Shown here: positions 46,713-55,487 of the stretch, piece after piece
How the letters are laid out: the number at the start of each line of letters is the position of its first letter
Numbering within the stretch: the stretch's first letter is position 1
Origin: a virus
DNA: 64,000 nt
Strand: one strand, 5' to 3'
IMG/VR virus record: IMGVR_UViG_3300036851_000225
Location: 6,018-70,017 of that record
Notes under the pieces: generated by a model
Told to the model about the DNA's origin: nothing
Databases searched by the model: none
The model's input: only the letters and a program-made list of their open reading frames with translations
Position numbers and translations under genes: made by a program

Positions 46713-47080
46713 AGTTCAATGCACTTGGACAGAACGCAACGCCATCGCGCAATCTAGAGACATTCGCAACGCCGGAATGCATCACGCTTATCACTTTGGA
46801 CTATGACGAAATGACGAGTGTATGCCCGGTGACAGGCCAGCCCGATCTGTCAATGGTCAAGATCGAATATGCGCCTGGCGATACCTGTATCGAAAGTAAA
46901 TCGTTAAAACTTTACTTTCAGACATTCCGCAATGAAGGCGTTTTCTGCGAGGCGCTGTCAGCACAGATAGCACAGGACATTATGAGCGCTTGTAATCCTA
47001 TCTGGTGCGAGGTGACAGTGACGCAAAAGCGACGCGGTGGTATCCAAATTGCCGCAACAGCAAGAGGAGAGAGAATATGA
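46709..47080 (+). CDS. queF: 7-cyano-7-deazaguanine (preQ0) reductase
   Basis: CPVTGQPD catalytic Cys/Asp; ESKSLKLYF QueF motif; RGGI. Confidence 0.9.
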   Translation: MKFNALGQNATPSRNLETFATPECITLITLDYDEMTSVCPVTGQPDLSMVKIEYAPGDTCIESKSLKLYFQTFRNEGVFCEALSAQIAQDIMSACNPIWCEVTVTQKRRGGIQIAATARGERI

Positions 47081-47613
47081 AGTACGCCTATATCCTGGCA
47101 TACATCGCCGTCGTGGTCGCGGCAAACTTCACCGCTATGACATTTATCCCGCTGCCACTCTTTGGACTGGTGGCAGTCGGCACCCTGTTTTTTGGCGCAA
47201 CGTTCACCTTACGAGATCGTGTACATCGCTATGGACGGCGTACTACCTACACGATGATCGCCGCCGCCGCCGTTATCGGCGTGATCCAATCACTCTTCAT
47301 CGCTGTGCCCTGGCGCATTATCGCTGCCAGCTTTACGGCGATCCTGATCAACGAGGCAGCGGATACCGAGATTTATGAGGCGTTGAAACAGCGCCACCCG
47401 CTTGTGCGCATCTTCGGTAGCAACGCAGTATCCATTCCACTCGATACGATCCTCTTTACACTACTGGCTTTTGCTGGTGAGCCTGCTTTCCCTATGTCTG
47501 TCCTGATCGCTATTATCTATGGCGACATTCTCGCGAAGTTCGCTGTGGCTTCACTCATTGCGCCATTCATTGCCGGGAACACCTATGCGCGTCATCTATT
47601 GCGATACGAATAA
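47077..47613 (+). CDS. VUT/YhhQ-family queuosine precursor transporter
   Basis: VAAN, GATFTLRD, ASF..E..DTEIY, SNAVSIPLDTILF..LAF. Confidence 0.85.
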   Translation: MKYAYILAYIAVVVAANFTAMTFIPLPLFGLVAVGTLFFGATFTLRDRVHRYGRRTTYTMIAAAAVIGVIQSLFIAVPWRIIAASFTAILINEAADTEIYEALKQRHPLVRIFGSNAVSIPLDTILFTLLAFAGEPAFPMSVLIAIIYGDILAKFAVASLIAPFIAGNTYARHLLRYE

Positions 47614-49318
47614 CAAGCGCTGTGCTGAGATCGCCGTCAAGGCCGGCTTGCTTTACGGCGCGCAACTGCCGGCTAGTCAGGTATTCTTTGATCCGTTCTT
47701 TACCGATCAAAACTGGAAAAAACCGCAATTTGATCAGTACGTTGCCGCCGTCCAGCAATACAAACCGCACTACGCAACAGTCATAGATTGGGAGCGCAAG
47801 GGGCAAGAGACAGAAGTGATGCAGTGGGCCGAAGCAATCGCGCCTTACACGCAGCATATCATCATTATCCCAAAAACGCCAGGCGTTATTGATCGGATAC
47901 CACACACGATCAATGGTACATCTGTCGTTCTTGGCTACAGTGTTCCTACCACCTACGGCGGTACAGCAATCCCGCCGACTGATTTTGCAGGCTGGCAGGT
48001 TCACCTGCTTGGCGGCTCGCCAAAAGCGCAACAGCGCGCCTATCGCAAGATGCAAGCGGCTAAAGCCGAAGTGGTAAGCGTTGACGGGAATATCATCTCA
48101 AAAATGGCGATCAAGAAGTGTCACTATTGGGCTAGCGGGCAGTGGAATGCAATGGACGGGCAAGATCCCAGGGCGTTTGCTGATGAGCAATACGACAAGC
48201 GCTATATGATATTCGAGGTTTCCTGCCAGTCCATTATGCGAGAATGGCACAAGCTCACGAGTGACAAGCCGGATCGATCAATTTTTATCATGCCAGGAGG
48301 GGAGCATATGACAAACGTTATCAATCAGGCGCAAGGTGAGAATTGGATTACATATCACGGCGATTGCGTCGAGACGATGAAAGGCATACCGGATAACAGT
48401 ATTGATTATTCTGTGTTCAGTCCTCCATTTGCATCGTTATATACGTATTCCGCATCAGAGCGGGATATGGGCAATTGCCGTGATCACAATGACTTCGCAG
48501 TGCATTACCGCTATCTGGTCACAGAGCAATATCGCACACTGAAGCCTGGACGCTTGCTCTCATTCCACTGCATGCAGCTACCAGCCACAAAGCAGTACCA
48601 CGGCTACATCGGCCTGATTGACTTTCGCGGCGAGTTGATCCGTATGTACCAGGACGCCGGATTTATCTATCACTCTGAAGTGGTAATCTGGAAGGACCCC
48701 GTAACAGCGATGCAGCGTACCAAAGCGCTCGGCTTGCTCTATAAGCAACTGAAAAAAGACAGCGCCATGAGCCGCCAGGGTGTACCGGATTATCTTGTTA
48801 CGATGCGAAAGCCAGGCATCAATGAAGAGCCGATCACGAAAGAGCCGCTTGATTATCCCGTCGATTTGTGGCAAGAGGTAGCTAGTCCTATCTGGAACTA
48901 TGGCGAAAACGATCCGCCATTTCGCCAGCTTGTTGATTGGCTGATGCAGTTCTTCGGGCGTTCTGATACTCTGCCCGTATGGCAGCGCTACACAGATGCA
49001 GTATGGATGGATATTAACCCCTCTGACACACTTCAGTATCGCAGCGCCAGAGAGCATCAGGATGAGCGCCACATCTGCCCACTGCAACTGGAGGTAATAC
49101 GGCGTGCTATCCGGCTCTGGACTAACCCAGGTGATACTGTCCTTGATCCTTTTGGGGGGATTGGAAGTACGCCATACTGCGCGATTGAACTAGGCCGGCG
49201 CGGCGTAGGCATCGAACTGAAGCGCTCCTATTTTGAGCAGATGTGTCGCAACTTAGCTGCTGCCGAAAAAATGGCACACCGGTCATCCTTCTTTGATTTG
49301 ATCGAAGAAGCTGCATAA
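47585..49318 (+). CDS. Fusion of TGT/DpdA-like domain (copy 2) and beta-class N4C/N6A DNA methyltransferase
   Basis: N-terminal FTDQNW, VIDW, VHLLGGSP, VVSVDGN; C-terminal GDCVE, FSPPF, HICPLQ, LDPFGGIGST; internal RBS and ATG at 48308. Confidence 0.85.
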   Translation: MRVIYCDTNNKRCAEIAVKAGLLYGAQLPASQVFFDPFFTDQNWKKPQFDQYVAAVQQYKPHYATVIDWERKGQETEVMQWAEAIAPYTQHIIIIPKTPGVIDRIPHTINGTSVVLGYSVPTTYGGTAIPPTDFAGWQVHLLGGSPKAQQRAYRKMQAAKAEVVSVDGNIISKMAIKKCHYWASGQWNAMDGQDPRAFADEQYDKRYMIFEVSCQSIMREWHKLTSDKPDRSIFIMPGGEHMTNVINQAQGENWITYHGDCVETMKGIPDNSIDYSVFSPPFASLYTYSASERDMGNCRDHNDFAVHYRYLVTEQYRTLKPGRLLSFHCMQLPATKQYHGYIGLIDFRGELIRMYQDAGFIYHSEVVIWKDPVTAMQRTKALGLLYKQLKKDSAMSRQGVPDYLVTMRKPGINEEPITKEPLDYPVDLWQEVASPIWNYGENDPPFRQLVDWLMQFFGRSDTLPVWQRYTDAVWMDINPSDTLQYRSAREHQDERHICPLQLEVIRRAIRLWTNPGDTVLDPFGGIGSTPYCAIELGRRGVGIELKRSYFEQMCRNLAAAEKMAHRSSFFDLIEEAA

Positions 49319-49357
49319 TTTTTGCGCCACTGTTCGATTGATTGCACTGATACGATT

Positions 49358-49840
49358 ATGATAGCACTAACGCCACAAACACTCTTTACCACTGAGGAGA
49401 TTGGCGGATACTGGCTGCCGATCAAGGATGGCGATCCGCGTGGTAAGTGGCTTTTTAATCGGCACTATTCGCATTATGAGTACAAGGACGGTCGCAAGCC
49501 AAAGCTTTTTGTAGGACCAGGCGAAAAACTTGTGCTGATAACATCACTCTGTGATGCTCTATTTGTATGGCGCAAATTTGTCAGTGGCGACGATCAGCAA
49601 GGCGTCAACTGCGCAGTGTTCAGGAATGAAGGCGCAATACGATCAAGCGTGCTTATTCTAGAAGCTGAACAAATCGCATGGAACCGATGGCCTCATGAAC
49701 GACTGTATACCTACGTCAATCCACGAGTTATCAAAAGCGCCAATCCTGGCTATTGTTTCAAAATGGCTGGCTGGCGTATATGCGGCGTAACAAAGGTGAA
49801 CAGATTGTTAATCTTGGAGAAACTACATGAGCAAGTTTAA
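49358..49840 (+). CDS. Mom-like (GNAT-fold) DNA modification protein
   Basis: NRHYS, VGPGEKLVL, CAVFRNEG, YTYV..NPGYCFKMAGW. Confidence 0.65.
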   Translation: MIALTPQTLFTTEEIGGYWLPIKDGDPRGKWLFNRHYSHYEYKDGRKPKLFVGPGEKLVLITSLCDALFVWRKFVSGDDQQGVNCAVFRNEGAIRSSVLILEAEQIAWNRWPHERLYTYVNPRVIKSANPGYCFKMAGWRICGVTKVNRLLILEKLHEQV

Positions 49841-50096
49841 CATTCCGCTATCTGTCTACCTATCCGACGTGCAACCGACTGATCACTGGTCCGTGCGCTG
49901 GAAGTTGTTCTATGGCGTCAAGGCAAAGCGACAGGCGATGGGACGACGCAACGAGCCGCTAAAGAAGTTTGACGAGGCGGAGATTGTGCAAATGCACAAA
50001 AGTGGTATGACAAATCAAGAGATAGTTGATCACCTTGGTTGCTCAGTCGAGACGGTGCGGCGTGCGATTAGACTGGACAGGCTCAAGAACAGATGA
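49827..50096 (+). CDS. HTH protein
   Basis: GMTNQEIVDHLGCSVETVRR. Confidence 0.65.
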   Translation: MSKFNIPLSVYLSDVQPTDHWSVRWKLFYGVKAKRQAMGRRNEPLKKFDEAEIVQMHKSGMTNQEIVDHLGCSVETVRRAIRLDRLKNR

Positions 50097-50341
50097 GCAC
50101 TGTTCACACGATCCGCATCATCGCCACTGATCCGCCTGTGACGTTGCAGCGCTATCAGCAATCCCGCTGCCCGCGCTGTGGAGCACCACATGCACCAGGG
50201 CGTGTAATGTGCGAAGAGTGCTATCCCGATCATCGCTTTTGTCCTGGCTGCAACCGTGTATTGCCATTTGAGGCGTTCAGGAAGCGGGCGGGCAGTGCGT
50301 ACCAGGGAACGTGTAATCAGTGCAGGCTGAAGGGGGAGTGA
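50093..50341 (+). CDS. Cys-rich Zn-finger protein
   Basis: Four CxxC pairs. Confidence 0.55.
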   Translation: MSTVHTIRIIATDPPVTLQRYQQSRCPRCGAPHAPGRVMCEECYPDHRFCPGCNRVLPFEAFRKRAGSAYQGTCNQCRLKGE

Positions 50342-50754
50342 TGAAGCCAGGACGCCCGCGCAACACTGACCGCGACACGCTTGATGAAGCAACAGTGCTT
50401 ATGATCAAACTCCGCAAGAAGGGATTTTCTTTTAAGAGAATAGGACGGGCGTTCAAGCGTTCGCCGAATAGTATTCGAGATCGAATACTACACTACAAAA
50501 AGAGGCAAGAAATGGGAACATCCCGTTTTCCATGGCACACGGCAAAAAAGCCGAAGGGCGGCAAAAAGACACCTGACTATCCACAATGCATAGCCTGTAC
50601 CCGCCGCGCTATCTATCCGATCAAGACGAGCGACGGCGAAACGGTGGAGTTGTGCGGCCATTGTCGCAAGCGTGTAGAGGGGGTTTTAGGCTATAACATC
50701 TTTGCCCGCACCCATACCCGCGACATGCTGCTGTGGCTTGCCGGACAGGAGTGA
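50341..50754 (+). CDS. HTH plus Zn-ribbon protein
   Basis: GFSFKRIGRAFKRSPNSIR; CIAC..CGHC. Confidence 0.55.
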   Translation: MKPGRPRNTDRDTLDEATVLMIKLRKKGFSFKRIGRAFKRSPNSIRDRILHYKKRQEMGTSRFPWHTAKKPKGGKKTPDYPQCIACTRRAIYPIKTSDGETVELCGHCRKRVEGVLGYNIFARTHTRDMLLWLAGQE

Positions 50755-50957
50755 TCGTAATGCAATCACCTGAGCCTACCGAGTGCCCGCGTTGCAAGTC
50801 TGTGTACTTCATCAGCGTGGACGTTTGGCTGGATGCGTATCGTTGCACATGCCTCGGCTGTGGGCACAGGTGGATCGTTGAAGCAAGAAAAGACAGCGAT
50901 GCTGACACTCACAATCCACCGTGTGGGAGCACATCAATCGCTATCAGGAGAAGATGA

Positions 50958-51236
50958 ATGCCGCGCTACGCTGCCAAAGTTGATGCCAATCAGCGCCAGA
51001 TCGTTGACACACTGCGTTCTGTCGGTGCTACGGTGCAGAGCCTTGCCACTATGGGCCATGGCATGCCGGATTTAGCGGTGGGGTTCCAGGGCCGCAACTA
51101 TTTCGTTGAAGTCAAGCACGGCAAGGGCAAGTTGACGAGTGAGGAGCAGGAGTGGCATAACATCTGGCGCGGTCAAGTCGCCATTGTGCGCAGTCCTGAT
51201 GAGGCGCTGAAGCTGATAGGAGCAATCGAACAATGA
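50958..51236 (+). CDS. VRR-NUC (PD-(D/E)xK) nuclease, probable Holliday junction resolvase
   Basis: KVDANQ, GMPDLAVG, VEVK, LTSEEQEW. Confidence 0.85.
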   Translation: MPRYAAKVDANQRQIVDTLRSVGATVQSLATMGHGMPDLAVGFQGRNYFVEVKHGKGKLTSEEQEWHNIWRGQVAIVRSPDEALKLIGAIEQ

Positions 51237-51664
51237 CAACGATCATAATCCACGTTAAGCGTGACTTGACGGCAGCGCAACAGAGTGCGATAGCCGCCCG
51301 GCTCGGGGCAATGGCAGATCGCCTTGCTGATGCCGTGGCGATTGACGACAAACGCCGTAAACGCTATCAGCGTGGCAGAGTGATACGCCTTCTTCGTCGG
51401 ATCTTCTCACTCGGCTACTGGACATGACAGGACCATTCCATATGCGCTGTACCAGTTGTGCCTACGAAGAGCCGCGTTACCGTGCGATCAAACGCTGTCC
51501 TAGATGCCAAGGCGAACTCAAGCGCATTGACGAGATGACGACGATCACGATCAGGATAGCGTGCGACATGACACCAGAGCAAGAACAAGCCATAGCGACA
51601 CACCTCCAGGCATACGCTGCTACGCTCATTGCAGGCGTGGTGCTCGACGGGAAAGGAAAAGACA

Positions 51665-51922
51665 ATGGATAGACGACGACAAGCTGCCTTTGACGCCATC
51701 GTTCGTGAGCGTAGATACCAAGAGGCCAAATGGGGGAACTTGGAAGAGCATCCGCATGAAGTCGGTGCATGGCTGACAATACTTCGCAAAGAGTTACGAG
51801 AGGCTGAAAATGCATGGTGTAATAATCGCGGTGATAAAGAGTCGCTAAAAGAGATTTTGCAAATTGCCTCTGTTGCCGTTGCTTGTCTGGAACAGCACGG
51901 CGTCTTTGAAAGGGATGTATAA
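51665..51922 (+). CDS. All-alpha NTP-PPase (MazG-like) protein
   Basis: ERRYQEAKWG..ELREA..KEILQIASVAVACLE. Confidence 0.55.
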   Translation: MDRRRQAAFDAIVRERRYQEAKWGNLEEHPHEVGAWLTILRKELREAENAWCNNRGDKESLKEILQIASVAVACLEQHGVFERDV

Positions 51923-52245
51923 TGACTGATGATCCCCTCTTCATCACTGTCTCTGAAGCATGCAGGGTATTGGGAGGCGACAGGCCATTTAGTAAAACGA
52001 CGATCTACCGCATGATCAATGCTGGTGTTCTTGAGACGCGCGGTACAGGAGTGCTGAAGCGGGTAACAATGGCGTCGATCCGGGCATACGAGAGGGGAGA
52101 ACGGACATGGGGCGGCAGCGGCGAAAGCGCGGATCAGGCTCGGTCCTCAAAGATCGTCAAACCGGCCAGTACATTGCACGGACGGCAGACAGAACCCGGT
52201 CAGCTCGTTTTGCTACCCGGCAAGAGGCCGAAAAAGCACTCCTAG
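51922..52245 (+). CDS. Excisionase-like HTH protein
   Basis: ITVSEACRVLG..SKTTIYRMINAG; overlaps int. Confidence 0.7.
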   Translation: MTDDPLFITVSEACRVLGGDRPFSKTTIYRMINAGVLETRGTGVLKRVTMASIRAYERGERTWGGSGESADQARSSKIVKPASTLHGRQTEPGQLVLLPGKRPKKHS

Positions 52246-53276
52246 AGTGGAACCAATTAGCAGCAGACGGCTTTAACCTGACTGATATGCGCCAATCGGT
52301 ACAGGTCTTTCTTACCCGCTGGCTGGAACATAAGCGAGTGGGAAAGAAAGTTAAGTCGTCAACCCTCACCTCGTATACCCGCTCTTGCAACTATATGATC
52401 CCATATATCGGCAAGATTGCCATTTGCGACCTGAACGCTTTGCACATTCAGCAGATGCTCGATGCGCTCCAGAGTGAACTGGCACCTCGCAGCGTGCATC
52501 ACGTTCGCTCTGTCCTTCGCAACGCGCTGAACACGGCGCGCAAATGGAAGTTGCTACGCGACAATCCAGCTATGGATGTCGAAGTGCAAAAGGTAGAGCG
52601 CCAAAAAGACAAGGCGCTTGATCCTGTCGAGATCGTAGCGTTGTTAAACGCCACGGCGGGCCATAGGCTTGACGCGCTGTATCATCTGACACTTGCACTC
52701 GGACTACGCCGGGGCGAGATCTTGGGCCTACGCTGGATAGATGTAGATTGGGAGGCCGGCACACTCGAAATAGCACAACAGGTATCGCCTGGCGAGCATG
52801 GCCGGGCAGAGATTGTACCGTATCTCAAAAACGACAGCAGCCGCCGCACGCTGCCATTGACTGACGATCTGGTTGCTCGATTACAGGCGCATTGGAGCAA
52901 TCAGCAAGAGGAGCGCATGACAGCACGGCGCAGGGAGGATAACGAGGAGAAAACTACCGGCCAGCGCCCTATCCACTGGCAAGAATATGGTCTGATCTTC
53001 CCCTCGGAGCGTGGCACACCACTCTACCCCTGTGCCTTCAGCAGCACGCATTTCAAACGCATGCTGCGCAAAGCCGGACTGTCAGACGAAATATGCTTTC
53101 ACGACTTGCGACACACGGCGCTGACTGATCTGGCAGCGGTCGCAGAGGCGAAAGCAGTGCAGAGCATCGCAGGCCATTCAGATATTCAAACGACGATGAA
53201 CCTCTATGCCGGTAGGCGCATTGACGCAATGCGTAAAGCGGTGGAGCAAATGGAAGAGAAGAGGAGAACAGGATAA
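52107..53276 (+). CDS. int: Tyrosine integrase
   Basis: GLRRGEILGLRW, FHDLRHT, GHSDIQTTMNLY. Confidence 0.95.
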   Translation: MGRQRRKRGSGSVLKDRQTGQYIARTADRTRSARFATRQEAEKALLEWNQLAADGFNLTDMRQSVQVFLTRWLEHKRVGKKVKSSTLTSYTRSCNYMIPYIGKIAICDLNALHIQQMLDALQSELAPRSVHHVRSVLRNALNTARKWKLLRDNPAMDVEVQKVERQKDKALDPVEIVALLNATAGHRLDALYHLTLALGLRRGEILGLRWIDVDWEAGTLEIAQQVSPGEHGRAEIVPYLKNDSSRRTLPLTDDLVARLQAHWSNQQEERMTARRREDNEEKTTGQRPIHWQEYGLIFPSERGTPLYPCAFSSTHFKRMLRKAGLSDEICFHDLRHTALTDLAAVAEAKAVQSIAGHSDIQTTMNLYAGRRIDAMRKAVEQMEEKRRTG

Positions 53277-53563
53277 TGAGCGCTAATCAACCCAGCAAGT
53301 TTGATATGCCGGAAGAGTATGAAAGATTAACGAGTGAAGAACGCGGCATTTTGCTTGATTGGATAGATCAGAAAATTACTCCTGCCAAGTCAGTTTACAA
53401 ATGGGCGACTAGCTACGGATTAAAGCATCAGTTTGAAGTCTCTTCAGAAGGGTTTTACATCACAAATGGGCAATTCAAAGGCGCAATGCTTGCAGCAGGG
53501 TATCAGCCTAGTAGTCCATATAAAAACAATTGGCACTTCCGTATTAGACTCCGCAAGAGATAA
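53276..53563 (+). CDS. Conserved phage protein
   Basis: TSYGLKH..YITNGQFKGAM. Confidence 0.6.
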   Translation: MSANQPSKFDMPEEYERLTSEERGILLDWIDQKITPAKSVYKWATSYGLKHQFEVSSEGFYITNGQFKGAMLAAGYQPSSPYKNNWHFRIRLRKR

Positions 53564-53798
53564 GGCAACAGATAAGGTAGTTTTCCAGATTTACAACGAT
53601 GCTCATTGAAAATACACCGCATCAGAGAGCCATAGAGAAGATAGAAAAGGGAGTATGTTATCAGGTCTGTGTAACCCGATAATGGCTTTTTCTGGGTGTA
53701 CACCGTTGTATCATATGGCATCAGGACGCGATATGATAGCAGAGATTGCGTTGCGCCACGACACACTGTAACGCGAGATAAGGTCACAGATAAGGTAG
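53557..53798. other. Probable attP with integrase arm-type repeats
   Basis: GAGATAAGG(CA/TC)ACAGATAAGGTAG at 53557-53580 and 53775-53798 flanking ~195 bp of non-coding DNA near int. Confidence 0.65.
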
Positions 53799-53821
53799 CA
53801 AGTATTGATGAGGAGGGCGGC

Positions 53822-54277
53822 ATGTCATTGGATGTTTATCTTACATTGCCGGGCGTGCAGTCGCGTACTGGCAGTGCCATCTTTATTCGTGAAGATGGGC
53901 AGAACAAAGAGATCACCCGCGCAGAATGGGATGCGCGTTTTCCTGGCCGGGAGCCGGTCATTGTATCGTTCGATGACGATAGCGACAGTGGCGAGGTGTA
54001 CTCGGCAAACATCACCCACAATCTGGGCAAAATGGCAAGAGAGGCAGGTATCTATGAGGCGCTATGGAGACCAGAGGAGATCGGTATCACGCACACAGCG
54101 CAGTTGATTGCCCCTCTGAACGAAGGACTAGCGCTCCTCAAGAGTAATCCTGAGCGCTTTACGCGGCTCAATCCTGAGAACGGATGGGGCACCTATGAAG
54201 GGCTTGTTCGTTTTGTCGCAGACTATCTTGCAGCTTGTGAGGCTTATCCTGCATCTGAAGTGTCTGTGTGGAGATAG
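53822..54277 (+). CDS. Conserved phage protein
   Basis: MSLDVYL..ANITHNLGKMA..NPENGWGTY. Confidence 0.7.
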   Translation: MSLDVYLTLPGVQSRTGSAIFIREDGQNKEITRAEWDARFPGREPVIVSFDDDSDSGEVYSANITHNLGKMAREAGIYEALWRPEEIGITHTAQLIAPLNEGLALLKSNPERFTRLNPENGWGTYEGLVRFVADYLAACEAYPASEVSVWR

Positions 54278-54299
54278 GAATAATGAGGAGGGCGGCATA

Positions 54300-54704
54300 A
54301 TGGAAGCAGGCAGAGAACTAGACACGATTGTGGCTGAGAGGGTCATGGGGTGGATTAATTGCGGTCAACTAGGAAATGAATGGGGAGGGCAGTGGGGCGG
54401 CTGTCCGCCTTATTGGTCGCAGTATGGTGATCGGTGTCTTCTCATCCCCTCCTACAGCACCGATATTGCGGCGGCATGGCTAGTGGTAGAAAAATTGCGC
54501 ACTGAAGGATTGCATCTGCAAATGAATGACACACTATCTGCCTATCGAGCACGATTTTTTACAGTTGCGAGCACTGTCAAATGGGATCAGGAGAGTGCAG
54601 ATGGAGCATACTATCAATTCGCCTCAACGCCTGCACACGCTATCTGCCTCGCTGCACTCAAGGCGCTAGGGGTAGAGATTGAGCAATCAGAAGGGGCGGC
54701 ATAA
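54300..54704 (+). CDS. Phage ABA-sandwich domain protein
   Basis: MEAGRELD..VAERVMGW, YSTDIAAAWLVVEKL, AICLAALKA. Confidence 0.75.
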   Translation: MEAGRELDTIVAERVMGWINCGQLGNEWGGQWGGCPPYWSQYGDRCLLIPSYSTDIAAAWLVVEKLRTEGLHLQMNDTLSAYRARFFTVASTVKWDQESADGAYYQFASTPAHAICLAALKALGVEIEQSEGAA

Positions 54705-55042
54705 TGAATAAGTACCAAGAGGTATACGCGCTCGCTGTTAGTCTCTATGATAGTGGCGATCTGTCACATGATCAGGTAAATCCGATCCTGGAAGCATTGG
54801 GCGAAGCGAAGGCGATGAGTGATAGCTTTTACCTTATTCAGAACCTTAATACTCATATTACCTTGCGCGGTCCTTATGCGACAGACAAAGAACGCGAAAG
54901 CGAGTTAGAGATGTGCCTGATCGATCCTGGCACTGGGTATATCATCTTGCTCGATATACAAAACGGCAGGCTGCATGCCTGGTTGCCGAGTTATCAGTAC
55001 AAGCAAGAGTTGATAGATCGTATCAATAATTTGCCTGATTAG
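54704..55042 (+). CDS. Hypothetical protein
   Basis: AGGGGCGGC start context. Confidence 0.55.
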   Translation: MNKYQEVYALAVSLYDSGDLSHDQVNPILEALGEAKAMSDSFYLIQNLNTHITLRGPYATDKERESELEMCLIDPGTGYIILLDIQNGRLHAWLPSYQYKQELIDRINNLPD

Positions 55043-55073
55043 CTGTGAACGGTGTAGCACCCGGGAGGGGATT

Positions 55074-55322
55074 ATGGAACTGACACTCGATCTACTTAAG
55101 GGGACATTTGATATACTCCTCAATACTGTCTGCCCCGTCCTGTGGTATGGCACAAGTGAGGGTGTGCCTCGCGACACTATCCTCTATGCCCCTGCAACAA
55201 AGTGGAACCCTGAATACATCGCCGTTCACCCCGACGACTTAGACAGTGTTCGGGAGGGGCTGCAATCGCATAGACAACTAAAACATTTGCGAGAATGGAA
55301 GCCGCAATTCAATGTTGACTGA
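55074..55322 (+). CDS. Hypothetical protein
   Basis: GGAGGGG RBS. Confidence 0.55.
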   Translation: MELTLDLLKGTFDILLNTVCPVLWYGTSEGVPRDTILYAPATKWNPEYIAVHPDDLDSVREGLQSHRQLKHLREWKPQFNVD

Positions 55323-55487
55323 AGCCGACAAAGCCATATCTGGACTTGCATCAGGGAGGGGATATGCGTGAATGGCAAGAAGTGTTGAGAGATGTATTGG
55401 AGGCCATTGCCTTGATCGGTGCTATATGGTTCTTGGCATTTCTGTTTTCTCTTGCTTTTATAGTGCCATAGCGATTGGAGAGGGGAC

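Noticed and set aside
46709-47613. queF and VUT as tRNA-queuosine auxiliary genes
   Set aside because: Not excluded, but no canonical tgt or queA is present and the genes are coupled to a DNA MTase fusion, so a DNA role is preferred
11617-49352. 22-bp motif as CRISPR repeats or LexA boxes
   Set aside because: Copies are dispersed with no repeat-spacer array or cas genes; half-site order (GTTCG..CGAAC) is inverted relative to the Gram-positive CGAAC-N4-GTTCG box
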